NCBI GenBank assembly: GCA_964016885.1 | Contig: CAXHJY010000898.1 | Location: 372,001 to 436,000 of the forward strand | Length of the DNA: 64,000 nt | Direction: 5' to 3' | DNA from: Eledone cirrhosa | Lineage: Eukaryota | In this document: positions 51,341 through 61,530 of the stretch, piece by piece | Layout: every line of letters begins with the position of its first letter | Position numbering within the stretch: position 1 is the first letter of the stretch | Notes under the pieces: generated by a model | What the model was told of the DNA's origin: nothing | Database searches by the model: none | What the model saw: the letters and a program-made list of their open reading frames with translations, nothing else | Translations under genes and position numbers: made by a program

Positions 51341-54300
51341 GCTTAGCTTAGCTTAGTTTAGGATAGCTTAGCTTAGCTTAGCTTAGCTTAGGATAGCTTA
51401 GCTTAGCTTAGCTTAGGATAGCTTAGCTTAGCTTAGGATAGTTTAGCTTAGCTTAGCTTAGGATAGCTTAGCTTAGCTTAGCTTAGGATAGCTTAGCTTA
51501 GCTTAGCTTAGGATAGCTTAGCTTAGCTTAGCTTAGGATAGCTTAGCTTAGCTTAGCTTAGGATAGCTTAGCTTAGCTTAGGATAGCTTAGCTTAGCTTA
51601 GGATAGCTTAGCTTAGCTTAGCTTAGGATAGCTTAGCTTAGCTTAGCTTAGGATAGCTTAGCTTAGGATAGCTTAGCTTAGCTTAGCTTAGGATAGCTTA
51701 GCTTAGCTTAGCTTAGGATAGCTTAGCTTAGCTTAGCTTAGGATAGCTTAGCTTAGCTTAGCTTAGGATAGCTTAGCTTAGCTTAGCTTAGGATAGCTTA
51801 GCTTAGCTTAGCTTAGGATAGCTTAGCTTAGCTTAGCTTAGGATAGCTTAGCTTAGCTTAGCTTAGGATAGCTTAGCTTAGCTTAGCTTAGGATTGCTTA
51901 GCTTAGCTTGGCTTAGGATAGCTTAGCTTAGCTTGGCTTAGGATAGCTTAGCTTAGCTTAGCTTAGGATAGCTTAGCTTAGCTTAGCTTAGGATAGCTTA
52001 GCTTAGCTTAGCTTAGGATAGCTTAGCTTAGCTTAGGATAGCTTAGCTTAGTTTAGGATAGCTTAGCTTAGCTTAGCTTAGGATAGCTTAGGATAGCTTA
52101 GCTTAGGATAGCTTAGGATAGCTTAGCTTAGGATAGCTTAGGATAGCTTAGGTTAGGATAGCTTAGCTTAGGATAGCTTAGGATAGCTTAGCTTAGGATA
52201 GCTTAGGATAGCTTAGCTTAGGATAGCTTAGGATAGCTTAGCTTAGGATAGCTTAGCTTAGGATAGCTTAGCTTAGGATAGCTTAGGAAAGCTTAGCTTA
52301 GCTTAGCTTAGGATAGCTTAGCTTAGCTTAGCTTAGGATAGCTTAGCTTAGCTTAGCTTAGGATAGCTTAGGATAGCTTAGCTTAGGATAGCTTAGGATA
52401 GCTTAGCTTAGGATAGCTTAGCTTAGGATAGCTTAGCTTAGGATAGCTTAGCTTAGGATAGCTTAGGATAGCTTAGCTTAGGATAGCTTAGGATAGCTTA
52501 GCTTAGGATAGCTTAGCTTAGGATAGCTTAGGATAGCTTAGCTTAGCTTAGCTTAGGATAGCTTAGCTTAGCTTAGCTTAGTATAGCTTAGCTTAGCTTA
52601 GCTTAGCTTAGGATAGCTTAGCTTAGCTTAGCTTAGGATAGCTTAGGATAGCTTAGCTTAGGATAGCTTAGGATAGCTTAGCTTAGGATAGCTTAGGATA
52701 GCTTAGCTTAGGATAGCTTAGGATAGCTTAGCTTAGGATAGCTTAGCTTAGGATAGCTTAGCTTAGCTTAGCTTAGGATAGCTTAGCTTAGGATAGCTTA
52801 GGATAGCTTAGCTTAGGATAGCTTAGCTTAGGATAGCTTAGGATAGCTTAGCTTAGCTTAGCTTAGGATAGCTTAGCTTAGCTTAGGATAGCTTAGCTTA
52901 GCTTAGGATAGCTTAGCTTAGCTTAGCTTAGGATAGCTTAGCTTAGCTTAGCTTAGGATAGCTTAGCTTAGCTTAGCTTAGGATAGCTTAGCTTAGCTTA
53001 GCTTAGGATAGCTTAGCTTAGCTTAGGATAGCTTAGCTTAGGATAGCTTAGGATAGCTTAGCTTAGGATAGCTTAGCTTAGGATAGCTTAGCTTAGGTTA
53101 GCTTAGCTTAGCTTAGCTTAGGATAGCTTAGGATAGCTTAGCTTAGGATAGCTTAGCTTAGCTTAGCTTAGCTTAGCTTAGGATAGCTTAGCTTAGCTTA
53201 GCTTAGGATAGCTTAGCTTAGCTTAGGATAGCTTAGCTTAGGATAGCTTAGGATAGCTTAGCTTAGCTTAGCTTAGGATAGCTTAGCTTAGCTTAGCTTA
53301 GGATAGCTGAGCTTAGCTTAGGATAGCTTAGCTTAGCTTAGCTTAGGATAGCTTAGCTTAGCTTAGCTTAGGATAGCTTAGCTTAGGTTAGCTTAGGATA
53401 GCTTAGGATAGCTTAGGATAGCTTAGCTTAGCTTAGCTTAGCTTAGGATAGCTTAGCTTAGCTTAGCTTAGGATAGCTTAGCTTAGCTTAGCTTAGGATA
53501 GCTTAGCTTAGCTTAGGATAGCTTAGCTTAGCTTAGCTTAGGATAGCTTAGCTTAGCTTAGGATAGCTTAGCTTAGCTTAGCTTAGGATAGCTTAGCTTA
53601 GCTTAGCTTAGGATAGCTTAGCTTAGCTTAGCTTAGGATAGCTTAGCTTAGCTTAGCTTAGGATAGCTTAGCTTAGCTTAGCTTAGGATAGATTAGCTTA
53701 GCTTAGGATAGCTTAGCTTAGCTTAGCTTAGGAAAGCTTAGCTTAGCTTAGGATAGCTTAGCTTAGCTTAGCTTAGGAGAGCTTAGCTTAGCTTAGCTTA
53801 GGAAAACTTAGCTTAGCTTAGCTTAGCTTAGGATAGCTTAGCTTAGCTTAGCTTAGGTAGCTTAGCTTAGCTTAGCTTAGGATAGCTTAGCTTAGCTTAG
53901 CTTAGCTTAGCTTAGGATAGCTTAGCTTAGCTTAGCTTAGGAGAGCTTAGCTTAGCTTAGGATAGCTTAGGATAGCTTAGCTTAGGATAGCTTAGGATAG
54001 CTTACCTTAGGAGAGCTTAGCTTAGGATAGCTTAGCTTAGGATAGCTTAGGATAGCTTAGCTTAGGATAGCTTAGCTTAGGATAGCTTAGCTTAGGATAG
54101 CTTAGGATAGCTTAGCTTAGCTTAGCTTAGGATAGCTTAGCTTAGCTTAGCTTAGGACAGCTTAGCTTAGGTTAGCTTAGCTTAGGATAGCTTAGGATAG
54201 CTTAGCTTAGGATAGCTTAGGATAGCTTAGCTTAGGATAGCTTAGGATAGCTTAGCTTAGGATAGCTTAGCTTAGGATAGCTTAGGATAGCTTAGCTTAG

Positions 54301-57300
54301 GATAGCTTAGGATAGCTTAGGATAGCTTAGCTTAGGATAGCTTAGCTTAGGATAGCTTAGGATAGCTTAGCTTAGCTTAGCTTAGGATAGCTTAGCTTAG
54401 CTTAGCTTAGGATAGCTTAGCTTAGCTTAGCTTAGGATAGCTTAGCTTAGCTTAGCTTAGGATAGCTTAGGATAGCTTAGCTTAGGATAGCTTAGGATAG
54501 CTTAGCTTAGGATAGCTTAGGATAGCTTAGGATAGCTTAGCTTAGCTTAGTTTAGGATAGCTTAGCTTAGCTTAGCTTAGGATAGCTTAGCTTAGCTTAG
54601 CTTAGGATAGCTTAGCTTAGCTTAGGATAGCTTAGCTTAGCTTAGCTTAGGATAGCTTAGCTTAGCTTAGGATAGCTTAGCTTAGCTTAGCTTAGGATAG
54701 CTTAGCTTAGCTTAGGATAGCTTAGCTTAGCTTAGCTTAGGATAGCTTAGCTTAGCTTAGCTTAGGATAGCTTAGCTTAGGATAGCTTAGCTTAGGATAG
54801 CTTAGCTTAGGTTAGCTTAGCTTAGCTTAGCTTAGGATAGCTTAGGATAGCTTAGCTTAGGATAGCTTAGCTTAGCTTAGCTTAGGATAGCTTAGCTTAG
54901 CTTAGCTTAGGATAGCTTAGCTTAGCTTAGCTTAGGATAGCTTAGCTTAGGATAGCTTAGGATAGCTTAGCTTAGCTTAGCTTAGGATAGCTTAGCTTAG
55001 CTTAGCTTAGGATAGCTTAGCTTAGCTTAGGATAGCTTAGCTTAGCTTAGCTTAGGATAGCTTAGCTTAGCTTAGCTTAGGATAGCTTAGCTTAGCTTAG
55101 CTTAGGATAGCTTAGGATAGCTTAGGATAGCTTAGCTTAGCTTAGGATAGCTTAGCTTAGCTTAGCTTAGGATAGCTTAGCTTAGCTTAGCTTAGGATAG
55201 CTTAGCTTAGCTTAGGATAGCTTAGCTTAACTTAGCTTAGGATAGCTTAGCTTAGCTTAGCTTAGGATAGCTTAGCTTAGCTTAGCTTAGGATAGCTTAG
55301 CTTAGCTTAGCTTAGGATAGCTTAGCTTAGCTTAGCTTAGGAGAGCTTAGCTTAGCTTAGCTTAGGATAGCTTAGCTTAGCTTAGCTTAGCTTAGGATAG
55401 CTTAGCTTAGCTTAGGATAGATTAGCTTAGCTTAGGATAGCTTAGCTTAGCTTAGCTTAGGAAACCTTAGCTTAGCTTAGGATAGCTTAGCTTAGCTTAG
55501 CTTAGCTTAGGAGAGCTTAGCTTAGCTTAGCTTAGGATAGCTTAGCTTAGCTTAGCTTAGGATAGCTTAGGATAGCTTAGCTTAGGATAGCTTAGGATAG
55601 CTTAGCTTAGGATAGCTTAGGATAGCTTAGCTTAGGATAGCTTAGCTTAGGATAGCTTAGGATAGCTTAGCTTAGCTTAGCTTAGGATAGCTTAGGATAG
55701 CTTAGCTTAGGATAGCTTAGGATAGCTTAGCTTAGGATAGATTAGGATAGCTTAGCTTAGGATAGCTTAGGATAGCTTAGCTTAGGATAGCTTAGCTTAG
55801 CTTAGCTTAGGATAGCTTAGCTTGGGATAGCTTAGGATAGCTTAGCTTAGGATAGCTTAGGATAGCTTAGCTTAGCTTAGCTTAGGATAGCTTAGCTTAG
55901 CTTAGCTTAGGATAGCTTAGCTTAGCTTAGGATAGCTTAGCTTAGCTTAGCTTAGGATAGCTTAGCTTAGCTTAGCTTAGGATAGCTTAGCTTAGCTTAG
56001 CTTAGGATAGCTTAGCTTAGCTTAGCTTAGGATAGCTTAGCTTAGCTTAGCTTAGGATAGCTTAGCTTAGCTTAGCTTAGAATAGCTTAGCTTAGGATAG
56101 CTTAGCTTAGGATAGCTTAGCTTAGGATAGCTTAGGATAGCTTAGCTTAGGATAGCTTAGGATAGCTTAGCTTAGGATAGCTTAGCTTAGCTTAGCTTAG
56201 GATAGCTTAGCTTAGCTTAGGATAGCTTAGCTTAGCTTAGATTAGGATAGCTTAGCTTAGGATAGCTTAGGAAAGCTTAGCTTAGCTTAGCTTAGGATAG
56301 CTTAGCTTAGCTTAGCTTAGGATAGCTTAGCTTAGCTTAGGATAGTTTAGCTTAGCTTAGCTTAGGATAGCTTAGCTTAGCTTAGCTTAGGATAACTTAG
56401 CTTAGCTTAGCTTAGGATAGCTTAGCTTAGCTTAGGATAGCTTAGCTTAGCTTAGCTTAGGATACCTTAGCTTAGCTTAGCTTAGGATAGCTTAGCTTAG
56501 CTTAGCTTAGGATAGCTTAGCTTAGGATAGCTTAGCTTAGCTTAGCTTAGGATAGCTTAGCTTAGCTTAGCTTAGGATAGCTTAGCTTAGCTTAGCTTAG
56601 GATAGCTTAGCTTAGCTTAGCTTAGTATAGCTTAGCTTAGCTTAGCTTAGGATAGCTTAGCTTAGCTTAGCTTAGGATAGCTTAGCTTAGCTTAGCTTAG
56701 GATAGCTTAGCTTAGCTTAGCTTAGGATAGCTTAGCTTAGCTTAGCTTAGGATAGCTTAGCTTAGCTTGGCTTAGGATAGCTTAGCTTAGCTTGGCTTAG
56801 GATAGCTTAGCTTAGCTTAGCTTAGGATAGCTTAGCTTAGCTTAGCTTAGGATAGCTTAGCTTAGCTTAGCTTAGGATAGCTTAGCTTAGCTTAGCTTAG
56901 GATAGCTTAGCTTAGTTTAGGATAGCTTAGCTTAGCTTAGCTTAGGATAGCTTAGGATAGCTTAGCTTAGGATAGCTTAGGATAGCTTAGCTTAGGATAG
57001 CTTAGGATAGCTTAGGTTAGGATAGCTTAGCTTAGGATAGCTTAGGATAGCTTAGCTTAGGATAGCTTAGGATAGCTTAGCTTAGGATAGCTTAGGATAG
57101 CTTAGCTTAGGATAGCTTAGCATAGGATAGCTTAGGAAAGCTTAGCTTAGCTTAGCTTAGGATAGCTTAGCTTAGCTTAGCTTAGGATAGCTTAGCTTAG
57201 CTTAGCTTAGGATAGCTTAGGATAGCTTAGCTTAGGATAGCTTAGGATAGCTTAGCTTAGGATAGCTTAGCTTAGGAGAGCTTAGCTTAGGATAGCTTAG

Positions 57301-60300
57301 GATAGCTTAGCTTAGGATAGCTTAGGATAGCTTAGCTTAGGATAGCTTAGCTTAGGATAGCTTAGGATAGCTTAGCTTAGCTTAGCTTAGAATAGCTTAG
57401 CTTAGCTTAGCTTAGGATAGCTTAGCTTAGCTTAGCTTAGCTTAGGATAGCTTAGCTTAGCTTAGCTTAGGATAGCTTAGGATAGCTTAGCTTAGGATAG
57501 CTTAGGATAGCTTAGCTTAGGATAGCTTAGGATAGCTTAGCTTAGGATAGCTTAGGATAGCTTAGCTTAGGATAGCTTAGCTTAGGATAGCTTAGCTTAG
57601 CTTAGCTTAGGATAGCTTAGCTTAGGATAGCTTAGGATAGCTTAGCTTAGGATAGCTTAGCTTAGCTTAGCTTAGGATAGCTTAGCTTAGCTTAGCTTAG
57701 GATAGCTTAGCTTAGCTTAGCTTAGGATAGCTTAGCTTAGCTTAGGATAGCTTAGCTTAGCTTAGCTTAGGAAAGCTTAGCTTAGCTTAGCTTAGGATAG
57801 CTTAGCTTAGGATAGCTTAGCTTAGGATAGCTTAGCTTAGGTTATCTTAGCTTAGCTTAGCTTAGGATAGCTTAGGATAGCTTAGCTTAGGATAGCTTAG
57901 CTTAGCTTAGCTTAGGATAGCTTAGCCTAGCTTAGCTTAGGATAGCTTAGCTTAGCTTAGCTTAGGATAGCTTAGCTTAGGATAGCTTAGGATAGCTTAG
58001 CTTAGCTTAGCTTAGGATAGCTTAGCTTAGCTTAGGATAGCTTAGCTTAGCTTAGGATAGCTTAGCTTAGCTTAGCTTAGGATAGCTTAGCTTAGCTTAG
58101 CTTAGGATAGCTTAGCTTAGGTTAGCTTAGGATAGCTTAGGATAGCTTAGGATAGCTTAGCTTAGCTTAGCTTAGGATAGCTTAACTTAGCTTAGGATAG
58201 CTTAGCTTAGCTTAGCTTAGGATAGCTTAGCTTAGCTTAGCTTAGAATAGCTTAGCTTAGCTTAGCTTAGGATAGCTTAGCTTAGCTTAGCTTAGGATAG
58301 CTTAGCTTAGCTTAGCTTAGGATAGCTTAGCTTAGCTTAGCTTAGAATAGCTTAGCTTAGGATAGCTTAGCTTAGGATAGCTTAGGATAGCTTAGCTTAG
58401 GATAGCTTAGGATAGCTTAGCTTAGGATAGCTTAGCTTAGCTTAGCTTAGGATAGCTTAGCTTAGCTTAGGATAGCTTAGCTTAGCTTAGCTTAGGATAG
58501 CTTAGCTTAGGATAGCTTAGGAAAGCTTAGCTTAGCTTAGCTTAGCTTAGCTTAGCTTAGCTTAGCTTAGGATAGCTTAGCTTAGCTTAGGATAGTTTAG
58601 CTTAGCTTAGCTTAGGATAGCTTAGCTTAGCTTAGCTTAGGATAGCTTAGCTTAGCTTAGCTTAGGATAGCTTAGCTTAGCTTAGGATAGCTTAGCTTAG
58701 CTTAGCTTAGGATAGCTTAGCTTAGCTTAGGATAGCTTAGCTTAGCTTAGCTTAGGATAGCTTAGCTTAGCTTAGCTTAGGATAGCTTAGCTTAGGATAG
58801 CTTAGCTTAGCTTAGGATAGCTTAGCTTAGCTTAGCTTAGGATAGCTTAGCTTAGCTTAGCTTAGGATAGCTTAGCTTAGCTTAGCTTAGTATAGCTTAG
58901 CTTAGCTTAGCTTAGGATAGCTTAGCTTAGCTTAGCTTAGGATAGCTTAGCTTAGCTTAGCTTAGGATAGCTTAGCTTAGCTTAGCTTAGGATAGCTTAG
59001 CTTAGCTTAGCTTAGGATAGCTTAGCTTAGCTTGGCTTAGGATAGCTTAGCTTAGCTTGGCTTAGGATAGCTTAGCTTAGCTTAGCTTAGGATAGCTTAG
59101 CTTAGCTTAGCTTAGCTTAGCTTAGCTTAGGATAGCTTAGCTTAGCTTAGCTTAGCTTAGGATAGCTTAGCTTAGCTTAGCTTAGCTTAGGATAGCTTAG
59201 CTTAGCTTAGCTTAGCTTAGCTTAGGATAGCTTAGCTTAGCTTAGCTTAGGATAGCTTAGCTTAGTTTAGGATAGCTTAGCTTAGCTTAGCTTAGGATAG
59301 CTTAGGATAGCTTAGCTTAGGATAGCTTAGGATAGCTTAGCTTAGGATAGCTTAGGATAGCTTAGGTTAGGATAGCTTAGCTTAGGATAGCTTAGGATAG
59401 CTTAGCTTAGGATAGCTTAGGATAGCTTAGCTTAGGATAGCTTAGGATAGCTTAGCTTAGAATAGCTTAGCTTAGGATAGCTTAGGAAAGCTTAGCTTAG
59501 CTTAGCTTAGGATAGCTTAGCTTAGCTTAGCTTAGGATAGCTTAGCTTAGCTTAGCTTAGGATAGCTTAGGATAGCTTAGCTTAGGATAGCTTAGGATAG
59601 CTTAGCTTTGGATAGCTTAGCTTAGGAGAGCTTAGCTTAGGATAGCTTAGGATAGCTTAGCTTAGGATAGCTTAGGATAGCTTAGCTTAGGATAGCTTAG
59701 CTTAGGATAGCTTAGGATAGCTTAGCTTAGCTTAGCTTAGGATAGCTTAGCTTAGCTTAGCTTAGCTTAGGATAGCTTAGCTTAGCTTAGCTTAGCTTAG
59801 GATAGCTTAGCTTAGCTTAGCTTAGGATAGCTTAGGATAGCTTAGCTTAGGATAGCTTAGGATAGCTTAGCTTAGGATAGCTTAGGATAGCTTAGCTTAG
59901 GATAGCTTAGGATAGCTTAGCTTAGGATAGCTTAGCTTAGGATAGCTTAGCTTAGCTTAGCTTAGGATAGCTTAGCTTAGGATAGCTTAGGATAGCTTAG
60001 CTTAGGATAGCTTAGCTAAGGATAGCTTAGGATAGCTTAGCTTAGCTTAGCTTAGGATAGCTTAGCTTAGCTTAGCTTAGGATAGCTTAGCTTAGCTTAG
60101 GATAGCTTAGCTTAGCTTAGCTTAGGATAGCTTAGCTTAGCTTAGCTTAGGATAGCTTAGCTTAGCTTAGCTTAGGATAGCTTAGCTTAGCTTAGGATAG
60201 CTCAGCTTAGCTTAGCTTAGGAAAGCTTAGCTTAGCTTAGCTTAGGATAGCTTAGCTTAGGATAGCTTAGCTTAGGATAGCTTAGCTTAGGTTAGCTTAG

Positions 60301-61530
60301 CTTAGCTTAGCTTAGGATAGCTTAGGATAGCTTAGCTTAGGATAGCTTAGCTTAGCTTAGCTTAGGATAGCTTAGCTTAGCTTAGCTTAGGATAGCTTAG
60401 CTTAGCTTAGCTTAGGATAGCTTAGCTTAGGATAGCTTAGGATAGCTTAGCTTAGCTTAGCTTAGGATAGTTTAGCTTAGCTTAGCTTAGGATAGCTTAG
60501 CTTAGCTTAGGATAGCTTAGCTTAGCTTAGCTTAGGATAGCTTAGCTTAGCTTAGCTTAGGATAGCTTAGCTTAGGTTAGCTTAGGATAGCTTAGGATAG
60601 CTTAGCTTAGGATAGCTTAGGATAGCTTAGCTTAGGATAGCTTAGCTTAGGATAGCTTAGCTTAGGTTAGCTTAGCTTAGCTTAGCTTAGGATAGCTTAG
60701 GATAGCTTAGCTTAGGATAGCTTAGCTTAGCTTAGCTTAGGATAGCTTAGCTTAGGATAGCTTAGGATAGCTTAGCTTAGGATAGCTTAGCTTAGGATAG
60801 CTTAGCTTAGGATAGCTTAGGATAGCTTAGCTTAGCTTAGCTTAGGATAGCTTAGCTTAGCTTAGCTTAGGATAGTTTAGCTTAGGTTAGCTTAGCTTAG
60901 CTTAGCTTAGGATAGCTTAGCTTAGGATAGCTTAGGATAGCTTAGCTTAGGATAGCTTAGCTTAGGATAGCTTAGGATAGCTTAGCTTAGGATAGCTTAG
61001 AATAGCTTAGCTTAGGATAGCTTAGCTTAGGATAGCTTAGGATAGCTTAGCTTAGCTTAGCTTAGGATAGCTTAGCTTAGCTTAGCTTAGGATAGCTTAG
61101 CTTAGCTTAGCTTAGGATAGCTTAGCTTAGCTTAGCTTAGGATAGCTTAGGATAGCTTAGCTTAGGATAGCTTAGGATAGCTTAGAATAGCTTAGCTTAG
61201 CTTAGCTTAGGATAGCTTAGCTTAGCTTAGCTTAGGATAGCTTAGCTTAGCTTAGCTTAGGATAGCTTAGCTTAGCTTAGGATAGCTTAGCTTAGCTTAG
61301 CTTAGGATAGCTTAGCTTAGCTTAGCTTAGGATAGCTTAGCTTAGCTTAGGATAGCTTAGCTTAGCTTAGGATAGCTTAGCTTAGCTTAGCTTAGGATAG
61401 CTTAGCTTAGCTTAGCTTAGGATAGCTTAGCTTAGCTTAGCTTAGGATAGCTTAGCTTAGCTTAGCTTAGGATAGCTTAGCTTAGCTTAGCTTAGGATAG
61501 CTTAGCTTAGCTTAGCTTAGGATAGCTTAG
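49571..61530. repeat. Long-range copy of 1-~16380, lacking the 2209-bp and 2005-bp tandem duplications
   Basis: ATCTT 11/49581 (+49570), TGCTT 461/49836 (+49375), AGTAT 3215/52580, AGGAA-AACTT 6634/53800 (+47166), AGGAA-ACCTT 8308/55459 (+47151), AGCTA 14858/60014 (+45156). Confidence 0.92.
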
